From contig CAWIAU010000001.1 in NCBI GenBank assembly GCA_963834265.1, forward strand, positions 652,346 through 716,345: a DNA stretch of 64,000 nt, read 5' to 3'. This DNA comes from an uncultured bacterium. Its GTDB lineage: Bacteria > Patescibacteriota > Saccharimonadia > Saccharimonadales > 2-12-FULL-41-12. The notes under the pieces are model-generated. The model was not told where the DNA came from and made no database searches. It worked only from the letters and a program-made list of their open reading frames with translations. The position numbers were made by a program, and so were the translations under genes. Each line of letters begins with the position of its first letter. Within the stretch, counting starts at the first letter, position 1. Positions 38,022 to 47,744 of the stretch are shown in pieces.

Positions 38022-38651
38022 CTACAGCGCCTCTCCCTTGTAAATCCACACCTTTACGCCGACAATGCCGGCCGTGGTTTGGGCAGTAACTGCAGCAAAA
38101 TCAATATCAGCGCGAAGAGTATGCAATGGTACGCTGCCGGCAACTTCCTTTTCGCGGCGGGACATATCAGCACCATTCAAACGACCAGATACTTCGATAC
38201 GAATACCCAAAGCACCGGCGCGCATTGTAGCAGCTGAAGTCTGTTTGATGGCCCGTCGGAACGACATGCGCCGTTCTAACTGGTGGGCAATGTTTTCGGC
38301 TACTAATTTGGCGTACATTTCGGCCTTCTTGATTTCTTCGATATTAACGCGAACCTGGACACCGTAAATCTTTTCGATACGATTCTTGAGGTCCTGCGCA
38401 CCGGCACCACCACGGCCAATCACTACACCGGCTTTACCGGTACTGATAGTGACAGAAACGAGATTCGGCGAGCGTTCAATATCAATCTTGTTAATTGCAG
38501 CGCGGGAACCAAGCATTTTCTTAATCATGCGGCGTACTTCGAGGTCCTGAGTAAGATAAGCGGCATATTCGCGCTTATTGGCAAACCATTTGCTGCGCCA
38601 GTCTTTGTTAACCTGAAGGCGCATAGAAATCGGATTAACTTTTTGACCCAT
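38022..38651 (-). CDS. rpsC: 30S ribosomal protein S3
   Basis: MGQKVNP...RL.....W.S.WFA....Y...L.....IR.....KH-domain...GRLNGA.M.R.E....G.VPL.TLRA.ID. Confidence 0.95.
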   Translation of the reverse strand: MGQKVNPISMRLQVNKDWRSKWFANKREYAAYLTQDLEVRRMIKKMLGSRAAINKIDIERSPNLVSVTISTGKAGVVIGRGGAGAQDLKNRIEKIYGVQVRVNIEEIKKAEMYAKLVAENIAHQLERRMSFRRAIKQTSAATMRAGALGIRIEVSGRLNGADMSRREKEVAGSVPLHTLRADIDFAAVTAQTTAGIVGVKVWIYKGEAL

Positions 38652-39058
38652 TATTTGGTCTCCTTTTTCGAAATTGGCGCTGATTTTTCGATTTTTGACG
38701 GTGCTGTAACTTTTTTAGGCGTTCGGATTTCGCCCTCAACTTCTACAAATATATGGCTGGATTTGCGCTCAAACGAAAGTGCACGACCCATGGCTGCCGG
38801 ACGATAGCGTTTGATTCTGGAACCAGGAGTGACACTGATATGTGAAATAATCAGCGTATCAGGCTTGAGGTTATGATTGTTTTCGGCATTTGCCCGCACA
38901 CTTTCGATAACTTTACGTACTGGTAAGGCAGAACGACGTGGTGTATGAGATAAGATCACCAACGCATCAGCAACCGTATGTCCGCGTACAAGACTCGCTA
39001 CAACACCGACTTTACGCGGGCTCATGCGGATTCCTCTGGCTGATGCTTTAACTGACAT
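38651..39058 (-). CDS. rplV: 50S ribosomal protein L22
   Basis: A.ARGIRMSPRK...VA.LVRG..V..AL.IL......R.A..V.KV..S..ANAE.N....D.L.I. Confidence 0.95.
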   Translation of the reverse strand: MSVKASARGIRMSPRKVGVVASLVRGHTVADALVILSHTPRRSALPVRKVIESVRANAENNHNLKPDTLIISHISVTPGSRIKRYRPAAMGRALSFERKSSHIFVEVEGEIRTPKKVTAPSKIEKSAPISKKETK

Positions 39059-39333
39059 TATTTCTGTCCTTTCGCAAGTTTACCGCCATGGCTGCGAAAT
39101 TTACGGGTTGGCGAAAATTCACCCAGTTTATGTCCGACCATGTTCTCTGTAATAAACACCGGTGTATGTACTTTACCGTTATGCACAGCAATGGTACGGC
39201 CAACAAATTCGGGTGGAATGCTGCTGGCACGTGCCCACGTTTTGATAATAGTGCGGTCATCAGCACTCAATGCTTCAACTTTCTTGAGCAGCTTTGGGTC
39301 TATAAATGGTCCTTTTTTCAGTGATCGACTCAT
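39058..39333 (-). CDS. rpsS: 30S ribosomal protein S19
   Basis: [15 protein letters not shown]......[38 protein letters not shown]. Confidence 0.95.
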   Translation of the reverse strand: MSRSLKKGPFIDPKLLKKVEALSADDRTIIKTWARASSIPPEFVGRTIAVHNGKVHTPVFITENMVGHKLGEFSPTRKFRSHGGKLAKGQK

Positions 39334-39335
39334 AA

Positions 39336-40172
39336 TTATTTCCTCTTAGCCGAGTGACGGCTTCTTACGATTAACTTAGCGGTGTCTTTGCGGCGGCGGG
39401 TCTTGAATCCGAGGGTTTTCTGTCCCCATGGGCTGCGCGGGTCTTTACCGATACCGTGACGGCCCCCGTCGCCACCGCCATGCGGGTGGTCAGCGGCGTT
39501 CATAACAACTCCACGCACACCAGGACGTATACCCTTGCGACGATTACGACCGGCCTTACCGATTTTGATGTTCTGGTGTTGCTCATTGCCGATCACACCT
39601 ACGGATGCCATGCAGTCCTGATTGATGCGACGCACTTCACCGCTTGGCAAACGTACGAGCGCAAACCCTTCTTCTTTGGCCATTAGTTGCGCGCTGGCAC
39701 CAGCACTACGCACCAACTGGGCTCCACGGCCAATCTGCAATTCTATACCATGAATCAGGCTGCCTGTAGGAATATTCTTCATTGCCAGACGATTGCCGGT
39801 TTCGATAGGAGCCTCTTCGCCGCTAATAATAGTCTGACCCTGTTTCATACCCTGAACTGCAAGGATGTAATGATATGTACCATCTGATTCTTTGATACGC
39901 GCAATGCGGGCGCTGCGGTTAGGATCATATTCGATGTGCTCAATAGTGGCTGTTATTCCAGATGCCAGTTTGAAGTTCATAATCCGATAGAACTTGCGAG
40001 CTCCACCACCGCGGTGACGGGTCGTTATGCGACCCTGATTATTACGTCCACTCTTCTGATTTTTAGTTTGCAATAGAGAACGCAGCGGTTTTTTGGTAGT
40101 AACTGTATCGAAATCCTGCGTTGTCATGCCACGGCGGCCGGGAGTTGTAGGATTGTAAGCTTTGATAGCCAT
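39336..40172 (-). CDS. rplB: 50S ribosomal protein L2
   Basis: GRNN.GRIT.RHRGGG....YR..DF...SAG..AQL.AKE......LPSGE.R......A..G..N..H.....GKAGR.R..G.RP.VRG..MN..DHPHGGG. Confidence 0.95.
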   Translation of the reverse strand: MAIKAYNPTTPGRRGMTTQDFDTVTTKKPLRSLLQTKNQKSGRNNQGRITTRHRGGGARKFYRIMNFKLASGITATIEHIEYDPNRSARIARIKESDGTYHYILAVQGMKQGQTIISGEEAPIETGNRLAMKNIPTGSLIHGIELQIGRGAQLVRSAGASAQLMAKEEGFALVRLPSGEVRRINQDCMASVGVIGNEQHQNIKIGKAGRNRRKGIRPGVRGVVMNAADHPHGGGDGGRHGIGKDPRSPWGQKTLGFKTRRRKDTAKLIVRSRHSAKRK

Positions 40173-40621
40173 TATTTTTTATCCTTTGCGACTTTTTTGG
40201 CGGCTTTTTCTTCGGCTTTCTTTTCGTCTTCTTCGGCTTTTTCTATAGCGGCAAATACGGGAATACTATCTCCGGCTTTGAGACGCACATATGCTTTCTT
40301 GCTATCAATTCGCCGGCCTATGGCTGAGCGGCCACCTTTACGAATAGTACGCATGGCCTTGCCTTTGATAATCGTAATCCTTGTATCTTCTACACCCACA
40401 GAAAATTGTGCTGATACGGCAGAAGCGATTTCAAATTTATTGGCTGTCATCGGAACATCAAATACAAAGGTATTCTGGGTCTGTGACAATGCATAGGTCT
40501 TCTCACTCATGCGCGGTTTTAGAGTCATTGATTTCATACGACCTGAGCTACTGCTGGTAGTTGGCTTACTATCAGGTGCTTTTTCAACTGCATTAGCTTT
40601 CTTGGCTTTGATGGGATTCAT
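40172..40621 (-). CDS. rplW: 50S ribosomal protein L23 (N- and C-terminal charged extensions; start uncertain)
   Basis: Core LKPRMSEKTYALSQTQNTFVFDVPMTANKFEIASAV...KKAYVRLKAGDSI; the 149-aa ORF is longer than a typical L23. Confidence 0.9.
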   Translation of the reverse strand: MNPIKAKKANAVEKAPDSKPTTSSSSGRMKSMTLKPRMSEKTYALSQTQNTFVFDVPMTANKFEIASAVSAQFSVGVEDTRITIIKGKAMRTIRKGGRSAIGRRIDSKKAYVRLKAGDSIPVFAAIEKAEEDEKKAEEKAAKKVAKDKK

Positions 40622-41292
40622 CTTTTTGGCTCCGTAATTTTAGCTGCAGCCGGCTTCTGACCGCCAAGCCAGTCACTAATCATGTCAAGGGATTTGTTCG
40701 TAATAATTATGGTATCGGAATTTAAAATGTCATAAACATTCAAATAACCTGCTTGCACAACTTTGAGCTTGGGCAGGTTATTAGTTGCGCGTTCAATAAA
40801 TGAAGTCTTGTCCTCCACAACAAGCAGGATTCTGTTTTTGGCACCCAACTTATCCAGCAGGTTTACAGTTGGTTTAACTTTGCCTTCTTTTGATTCAAAG
40901 GTTTCGATAATACTTATCTTTCCGGTGGTACTTGCAAGGCTCAGTGCCTGGCGTATAGCCTGACGCTTTGCTTTGACATTCAGTTTGTGACTATAGTTCT
41001 CGATACCGGTCGGGCCGAAAGTTATACCACCGCCCCGCCAGATTGGCACGCGTGAACTGCCAAATCTTGCGCGGCCTGTGCCTTTTTGCTTCCATGGCTT
41101 TTTACCACCACCACTGACCAGTCCTCGGGTCTTTGTAACTGCCAGATTGGTCCGGCCATTAGCCAGATAGGCAACGTATGCACTCTTCAATAGTTCATGA
41201 TTTGCTATTTCGACTGCAAATACTGTTTTGTCGAGCCTAGCAGGAAGGGAAGCTTTTGTACCGGATTTGGTGTAAGTCGATGGCGTAGCCAT
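40618..41292 (-). CDS. rplD: 50S ribosomal protein L4
   Basis: TKTRG.VSGGGKKPW.QKGTGRAR.GS.R.P.WRGGG..FGP. Confidence 0.95.
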   Translation of the reverse strand: MATPSTYTKSGTKASLPARLDKTVFAVEIANHELLKSAYVAYLANGRTNLAVTKTRGLVSGGGKKPWKQKGTGRARFGSSRVPIWRGGGITFGPTGIENYSHKLNVKAKRQAIRQALSLASTTGKISIIETFESKEGKVKPTVNLLDKLGAKNRILLVVEDKTSFIERATNNLPKLKVVQAGYLNVYDILNSDTIIITNKSLDMISDWLGGQKPAAAKITEPKR

Positions 41293-41906
41293 TATTTGAC
41301 CCCCTTGATGATAACGAGACTTTTGCGAGGACCTGGGACTGCACCATATATACCGATGACGTTGAGCTCAGTGTCAACCAAAGCAATTTTAAGATTCTGC
41401 ACAGTGACTGTTTCGTTACCCATTTGACCGGCCATTTTTTTGCCTTTGAAAATTTTCTGCGGGTACATAGATCCGATTGAACCGGGCTGACGGGTATTGC
41501 CTTTGCCACCATGAGTTTTGCGCTGACGGTGGAAGTTATGGCGCTTGATTGTACCTGCCCAGCCTTTACCCTTGCTTGTGCTGGTAACATCTACAATATC
41601 CCCGGCACTAAAAAGGTCGGCGCTGATATGGTCACCGACCTTCAGTTCCGGTAATTCGTCCACACGGATTTCTCGCATCACCTTGACTGTACTGTCTGCC
41701 TCTTTGAGATGTCCGGCCTGAGGTTTGGCGATTGGCTTTTTAGTTTCGTCAAATCCCAACTGTACTGCTGTGTATCCGTCTGTTTCCATATTCTTGAGCT
41801 GTGTTATCACATTAGGAGCAGCAGAAAGCAAAGTGACAGCAGCAACTGTGCCATCGGCGTCGATAGTAGAAGTCATGCCAACTTTTCTGGTTATAAATGC
41901 TTTCAC
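41292..41906 (-). CDS. rplC: 50S ribosomal protein L3 (GTG start)
   Basis: KVGMT......G....VT.L.......Q.K....DGY.AVQLG...T.KGKG.AG..KRHNF......HG....R..GS.G. Confidence 0.95.
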   Translation of the reverse strand: MKAFITRKVGMTSTIDADGTVAAVTLLSAAPNVITQLKNMETDGYTAVQLGFDETKKPIAKPQAGHLKEADSTVKVMREIRVDELPELKVGDHISADLFSAGDIVDVTSTSKGKGWAGTIKRHNFHRQRKTHGGKGNTRQPGSIGSMYPQKIFKGKKMAGQMGNETVTVQNLKIALVDTELNVIGIYGAVPGPRKSLVIIKGVK

Positions 41907-41934
41907 TGTTGCTCCAAGTATTTTTAGAATTTAC

Positions 41935-41996
41935 ATAAAAATTGTGGCGACTGGTGGTTTCTACCCCTGTTGAGGAAGACCTACCTAGTGCGCCAC
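41935..41996 (-). terminator. long hairpin plus U-tract 29 nt upstream of the rplC start (terminator of the inserted gene, or an attenuator)
   Basis: Minus sense: GUGGCG-CACU-A-GGU-A-GGU...ACC-ACC-AGU-CGCCAC followed by AAUUUUUAU. Outer 6-bp stem at 41944-41949 / 41991-41996. Confidence 0.5.
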
Positions 41997-42077
41997 GTAT
42001 GCAAATTAGGGCGTATACCATCACAGATTAACACGAATGAATAACTCTTGTCAATGTGGTGTAAATTCTACAAAGAA

Positions 42078-42365
42078 TCAAACATTTACAAATATGCCGA
42101 TTGGAAGCCAGAAACCGATGAATGATGATACCAGAAGCACGGCGTATTCTATTTTGCGATCAATCCGGAAGTGCTCATGCTGGATAAATAAAAGACCTAT
42201 TAGCATGCCGACAGGTATCGGGAATTGGGACTCCACTCCATCAGTAAACTTGAGCCAGGCTGAGCCAAGCATCAGATACAATACGAGCTTCAGGAAATAA
42301 ACACTATCCTGCTCAACAACCGGAGCTTTTGTTAAAATTTTACGTTTTGATTTAGCTTTTGCCAT
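42078..42365 (-). CDS. small membrane protein (95 aa) inserted between rpsJ and rplC
   Basis: Basic N-terminus MAKAKSKRK, then three hydrophobic segments. Starts 33 nt after the rpsJ stop. Confidence 0.6.
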   Translation of the reverse strand: MAKAKSKRKILTKAPVVEQDSVYFLKLVLYLMLGSAWLKFTDGVESQFPIPVGMLIGLLFIQHEHFRIDRKIEYAVLLVSSFIGFWLPIGIFVNV

Positions 42366-42398
42366 AAGCAGTATTTAAGCATACTGCTCAGAGTAATG

Positions 42399-42899
42399 CT
42401 ACATCTTGATTTCGGCATCACAACCAGCCGGGAGCGAAAGATTCATTAGAGAATCGATTGTTTTAGGGGTAGGTTCCAGAACATCAATCAGGCGTTTATG
42501 GATACGCATTTCGAATTGTTCACGACCCTTCTTATAGACATGCGGGCTTTTGACTACCGTGAACATATTGCGTCGGGTGGGTAATGGCACGGGACCGGCA
42601 ATGGTTGCACCTGTGCGCAAAGCAGTATCAACAATCTGCTTGGCGGATTGGTCAATAACCTTATGGTCATAAGCTTTCAGGCGAATACGGATCCGTTGTT
42701 TGCCATCACCTTTGAGGGGAGCCTGAGCTGCTGCTTTGACAGCCGGTTTTGCTTTCACCGTTGGCACCGCCTTTACTTCGGCTACCGTTTCATCCGGCGC
42801 AGGTTTCCCGACTGCTGGTTTCCTTGCAGCAGCTTTTTTTGGCACATCCTTAGCTTTTGCTGCTGTTTCTTTCTTCTTTACTTCTTTGGCATCTGCCAT
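42399..42899 (-). CDS. rpsJ: 30S ribosomal protein S10 with a ~65-aa Lys/Ala/Pro-rich N-terminal extension
   Basis: Core [73 protein letters not shown]. 166 aa against the usual ~100. Confidence 0.95.
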   Translation of the reverse strand: MADAKEVKKKETAAKAKDVPKKAAARKPAVGKPAPDETVAEVKAVPTVKAKPAVKAAAQAPLKGDGKQRIRIRLKAYDHKVIDQSAKQIVDTALRTGATIAGPVPLPTRRNMFTVVKSPHVYKKGREQFEMRIHKRLIDVLEPTPKTIDSLMNLSLPAGCDAEIKM

Positions 42900-43000
42900 A
42901 GGTGTTGTTCCTTCCCTGAGCTTGTAACCCAGACTTGCTGTAACATTGATCTGTCTCTCAAAATCAACTTTTAGTCAGCATATTAGTGTTTACTGAACTT

Positions 43001-43028
43001 ATTCTAACAGGTTAACTGCTAATGTAAA
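43001..43028 (-). promoter_or_regulatory. sigma70-like promoter candidate TTTACA-16-TAGAAT upstream of rpsJ
   Basis: Minus strand TTTACA (43023-43028) and TAGAAT (43001-43006). Confidence 0.3.
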
Positions 43029-43037
43029 GTAGGCGTT

Positions 43038-43376
43038 TCAGGCAGCTGAAGCGGTTGGCGTTGCAGTGAAACCTATTAAGGCATCGAATTCGTGAGTCTC
43101 ACGTTCTGTTATCTCTTTGATTAATGCATGACGACCCAGTAATTGTACTGCTAGTTCTTCGTATGTTAACAAGTGAGGTTCCTGCGGTTCATAATGCGAG
43201 AGTGTCGATGTATCAATTTCGGAAAGTTCTGTTCCGGGTTTGACCTCTATATGCCTTAAAGCAATAGCACCATATTCTGTATTCGGTCCAGCGAATATAA
43301 CATATAGGTCACTCTCATCATTAAGTGAACGCGTATACATGGCGTCCGGACTATTAGTATTAAGACTATTTTTCAT
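43038..43376 (-). CDS. hypothetical acidic protein (112 aa)
   Basis: ORF only; no motif recognised. Confidence 0.45.
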   Translation of the reverse strand: MKNSLNTNSPDAMYTRSLNDESDLYVIFAGPNTEYGAIALRHIEVKPGTELSEIDTSTLSHYEPQEPHLLTYEELAVQLLGRHALIKEITERETHEFDALIGFTATPTASAA

Positions 43377-43634
43377 CGAAATTCACTCCACTATATAGTA
43401 TTTTAAATTTACTATACCATACTAAGATATAAAATAAAAGAGCTCCTGTTTTAGGTTAATTGACGGACAAATATCAACGGCTACAGTTAAGAGCTGCAAT
43501 AGTATTTAATTTTGGATTTGGAGAGGTTATTTATTTTAACTCTCAATGTTTGCTATAACATCCTCTTGTTAACCAAATATAACAACAAGTTAAAAAAATA
43601 TATTGATAAGCATGTATTAAAAAGGGTAGAAATA

Positions 43635-43826
43635 TCAAACTTCTTCTACTTCGGAGCAAGCTAACCCAGGGCAAAGCCATGACCATTTACGTCGAAAAGT
43701 CTCTTCATACGTAACAACATTTTCATCAGTTACAAGCGTTGCTTGCTCAGAACCATCATCATGCAGACCAGCGCCGTCAATATAGCTTTCTGTCTCTCCA
43801 CTTCTAATTAAATCAAAAACCACCAT
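43635..43826 (-). CDS. hypothetical small acidic protein (63 aa)
   Basis: ORF only. Confidence 0.3.
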   Translation of the reverse strand: MVVFDLIRSGETESYIDGAGLHDDGSEQATLVTDENVVTYEETFRRKWSWLCPGLACSEVEEV

Positions 43827-44149
43827 TAAACTGTTAATTTCGGCAACAACACGATCTCGATCTGAATTTCTGGCTAAAGTTGGATCCTAGTCATACATAT
43901 TATAGAATTCTATTTATTGCTCTACTATATCATAGTTTACGCATATGGCAAAAATCTTTCCCCCTTCTCCTGAGCATATTCAGGAGCGCCGTGTGGGATG
44001 AATGGCGACATGCACAAAATTCAATGGGCGAAGCCAGACGATCACAGGCAGGTCTAATTTTGAATTTCTTCCGAGGACGACGAGTGTAGGTGTAGATCCG
44101 CTACTGATACACTCGGAACCGCAGGAAAAATATCAAAAGTAGCCTGCCA

Positions 44150-44176
44150 GCAAACAAAAGCCCGGCTTTGCCGGGA
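44150..44176 (-). terminator. rho-independent terminator after tuf
   Basis: Minus sense CCCGGCAAAGCCGGG followed by CUUUUGUUUG, 30 nt after the tuf stop. Confidence 0.7.
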
Positions 44177-44206
44177 CTATTTGTTTGTGATGTGATCGTC
44201 TGGAAA

Positions 44207-45391
44207 CTATTTGACGATTTTGGTAACAACTCCCGCACCGACGGTCCGGCCACCTTCGCGGATAGCGAAGCGCAGTCCCTGGTCCATAGCAATTGGTGCG
44301 AGCAGCTTCACTTTGAAAGTAATAGTGTCGCCCGGCATAACCATTTCTTTGTCAGCAGGAAGCTCTACTTCGCCGGTTACGTCCGTAGTACGGAAGTAAA
44401 ACTGGGGCTTGTAACCCTTGAAGAATGGAGTGTGTCGTCCGCCTTCTTCTTTGGTTAGAATGTAAACTTCACTGTCAAATTCTGTGTGGGGAGTAATTGA
44501 TCCTGGCTTACAAAGAACCTGGCCGCGCTCAATATCATCGCGCTCGATGCCCCGTAGCAGGACACCGGCATTGTCGCCGGCCTGACCCTGGTCCAGATTT
44601 TTTTTGAACGCTTCGATGCCGGTAACAACAGACTTCTTAGTGTCGCGGATACCGACTATTTCAACTTCTTCGTTAATCTTGACGATACCCAGCTCGATGC
44701 GACCGGTCGCAACTGTACCACGGCCCTTGATAGAGAAGACATCTTCAATCGGCATCAAAAATGGCTTGTCAAGGTCGCGCTTTGGCTCCGGAACATAGTC
44801 GTCCATAGCCTTAACCAGTTCCATGATAGCGTCTTCTGAAGCAGAATCGCCTTCAAGAGCTTTGGTAGCAGAACCCTTGATGATCGGGGCGTTCTCGTCG
44901 AAGTCATACTTGGCGAGCAGTTCACGGATGTCCATCTCTACCAGCTCGACTAATTCGGGATCAGCCAGGTCCATCTTGTTCATGAAGACCAGGATGCTGG
45001 GGACGCCAACCTGCTTGGCAAGCAGAACGTGCTCACGGGTCTGAGGCATAGGGCCATCAGCAGCAGAAACAACCAATACGGCGCCGTCAATCTGGGCAGC
45101 ACCGGTAATCATGTTCTTGACATAGTCAGCGTGGCCTGGCATGTCGACGTGCGCATAGTGGCGCTTGTCAGACTCGTACTCCTGATGAGAAGTTGCGATA
45201 GTGATACCACGGGCTTTTTCTTCCGGTGCGTTATCGATGTCAGCGTAAGTTTTGGCAACATTGACTTTGCTAGGCTTTTTCTTGGCTAAAACATGGGTAA
45301 TTGCTGCTGTTAGTGTAGTCTTGCCGTGGTCAACGTGTCCCATTGTACCAACGTTAACGTGAGGTTTGCTGCGGTCGAATTGATCTGCCAT
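44207..45391 (-). CDS. tuf: elongation factor Tu
   Basis: [18 protein letters not shown] and NKMD motifs; full length 394 aa, intact. Confidence 0.97.
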   Translation of the reverse strand: MADQFDRSKPHVNVGTMGHVDHGKTTLTAAITHVLAKKKPSKVNVAKTYADIDNAPEEKARGITIATSHQEYESDKRHYAHVDMPGHADYVKNMITGAAQIDGAVLVVSAADGPMPQTREHVLLAKQVGVPSILVFMNKMDLADPELVELVEMDIRELLAKYDFDENAPIIKGSATKALEGDSASEDAIMELVKAMDDYVPEPKRDLDKPFLMPIEDVFSIKGRGTVATGRIELGIVKINEEVEIVGIRDTKKSVVTGIEAFKKNLDQGQAGDNAGVLLRGIERDDIERGQVLCKPGSITPHTEFDSEVYILTKEEGGRHTPFFKGYKPQFYFRTTDVTGEVELPADKEMVMPGDTITFKVKLLAPIAMDQGLRFAIREGGRTVGAGVVTKIVK

Positions 45392-45497
45392 AAGGGTTAT
45401 CTCCTTGGATTTTTAACATTAATTTTCGCATGGGAATAACAAGACTCACACACGTGCTAACAAACATCTTAGCCTATCTGGTATAAATTGTAAATAC

Positions 45498-45554
45498 TTA
45501 CGATTTTGCTTTTTTCGGCTTCTTAACTTCTTTGCGACCTTTGTCTCTCGGCAT
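45498..45554 (-). CDS. possible 18-aa highly basic micro-ORF between fusA and tuf
   Basis: My translation: MPRDKGRKEVKKPKKAKS*, preceded by GGUGGA 5 nt upstream of the ATG. Confidence 0.2.
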   Translation of the reverse strand: MPRDKGRKEVKKPKKAKS

Positions 45555-45622
45555 TGTATCCACCCTGCATTATTTAATACTAATAGTATAGCACCTTGAC
45601 ACTCTGTTAATCCATGGGTTTT

Positions 45623-47717
45623 CTATTTGGCGTTTTTGGCCACGATAGCTTCGGTGACGTGTGATGGAACGTCTGCGTAGTGGTCAAGTTCCATGCTGGA
45701 ACTGGCGCGACCCTGGGACATACTGCGCAGATTAGTCGTGTAACCGAACATTTCGCCAAGCGGAACAAATGCTGTAATTTCTTTGATACCCTGAGAAAGA
45801 TCTTCCATGGTTTCTATACGGCCTCGTTTGGAGTTAAGATCACCGATGACATCACCCATAAATTCTTCCGGTGTGACAGCAACCACTTTCATGACCGGTT
45901 CAAGTAACACCGGGCCGGCTTTTTTGACACCTTCCTGCAGTGCCATCGAGCCGGCAATCTTGAAGGCCATTTCCGATGAAGTCAACATCATGGTAGCTGC
46001 CGTCATAGAGCTCGGCTTTGACATCAACCACAGGATAGCCGGCAATCACACCATTGTTCATAGCTTCTATAATGCCTTGTTGAACAGGCTTGATGTACTC
46101 GCTCGGAACAGTTCCGCCCTTGATCGAGTTGATAAATTCGAAGCCTTTGCCCTGTTCATTCTGGCTCAATCGCAACCAGACGTCGCCATACTGACCACGA
46201 CCACCGGACTGTCGTATGAATTTACCTTGTACTTCCACGCCATCTTTACGGATCGTTTCGCGGTAAGCTACCTGCGGCTGGCCGATATTGGCTTCGACAG
46301 AGAATTCGCGTTTCATGCGGTCAACAATGATTTCCAGATGTAGCTCACCCATGCCACTGATGATTGTCTGGCCTGTTTCTTCGTCTACTTTGATACGGAA
46401 CGTCGGATCTTCCTCTGCTAGGCGCTGCAAAGCGATAGCTCATTTTTTCCTGGTCGGCTTTGGTCTTAGGTTCGATGGCAATACGATAACCGGTGGCTCC
46501 GGGAACGTAATGCTCTCAAGTACGATAGGGTTATTGGGATCGCGTAAGCGTATGGCCTGTTGTTGTTGCCTTGAGGCCTACAATCGCTGCAATATCGCCG
46601 GCGACGATTTCGTTGACATCTTCGCGCTTGTCTGCCTGCATACGAACGATGCGGCCAATACGTTCTTTTTCGCCGTTGGAACTATTGAGGATATAACTGC
46701 CTGCTGTCAGTTTGCCTGAGTAAACCCGGACAATAGCTAGCTTGCCGACGAACGGGTCGGTGGCAATTTTAAAGGCCAGTCCGGCGAATGGCTCAGCTTC
46801 CGACGGTTTGCGCTCTATTTCGTCGCCGGTTTTTGGATGTGTACCCCAGGTAGAGCCTCGTTCAATCGGGCTTGGCAGCAGATCAACAACAGCATCCAGT
46901 ACTTTTTCGACTATTACACCCCGGCCATCGCCGCCGGTTACTACAAAGAATTTGCCGGTCAGGATAGCATGCACGAATAGCTTGTTTGATTTCGTCTTCG
47001 CTAAGACCTTCTTCGCCGACTTCAAAATACTTTTCCATGATCTGCTCGTCTTCTGCGACTGCATTTTCTATCAGCAGTGAACGGTATTTTTTGGCTTTGT
47101 CCAGCATATCTGCCGGCATTTCACCTTCTACCAGTTCTTTATCGGTGAAATCTTTGTAGGTATACGATTTCATACTGATCAGATCTACGATACCGTTAAT
47201 GCTCTGCTCAAAGCCAATTGGCAGATGGATCGGGAAAGCATGCTTGTTCAAACGGGCATGTATAGAATCAAGTGATTTATAGAAGTCGCCACCGGTCTGG
47301 TTGATCTTATTGATAAAGCAGATACGCGGTACCTTGTATTTGTCGGCCTGGCGCCAGACTGTTTCGGATTGGCTCTCAACGCCCATTTTGCCGTCAAAGA
47401 CAGTCACAGCCCCGTCCAGAACACGTAAGGAGCGTTCGACTTCAACCGTAAAGTCAATGTGGCCAGGAGTATCAATAATGTTGATCTGATGGTCTTTCCA
47501 GTAACAGGTCACCGCGGCAGAAGTAATAGTTATACCCCGCTCGCGCTCCTGCTCCATCCAGTCAGTAGTCGTCTCGCCCTCATGGACAGCACCAATCTTG
47601 TGCTTGAGCCCCGTTCGGATACAGAATACCCTCAGTCGTAGTAGTCTTACCGGCATCAATATGAGCAATAATCCCAATATTCCGTAATTTGTCTAAAGTG
47701 TATTTCTTCGCCGCCAT
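45623..47717 (-). pseudogene. fusA: elongation factor G, reading frame broken by at least six single-nucleotide indels (pseudogene or assembly errors)
   Basis: The four track ORFs plus my own frames tile a complete EF-G: [29 protein letters not shown] / RTGLKHKIG...DTPGHIDF...IKQAIRA / AILTGKFF...GLKATTTGHTL / PNNPIVLESITFPEP / IAIEPKTKADQEKM / [16 protein letters not shown]...YDGSYHDVD / [10 protein letters not shown]...AKNAK*. Approximate shift sites: 47609-47624, 46960-46975, 46533-46545, 46478-46497, 46432-46446, 45971-45986. Confidence 0.9.
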
Positions 47718-47744
47718 GTTTAATATTCCTAGTTTTAATTAATT

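Noticed and set aside
45900-47700. A shared sequence motif (ATCC/ATCG) at all six fusA frameshift sites as evidence for a programmed or methylation-linked mechanism.
   Set aside because: The shift positions can only be localised to within ~10-15 nt, and ATC is a common codon, so a 4-nt match inside such windows is expected by chance. Only one of the six sites contains a GATC.
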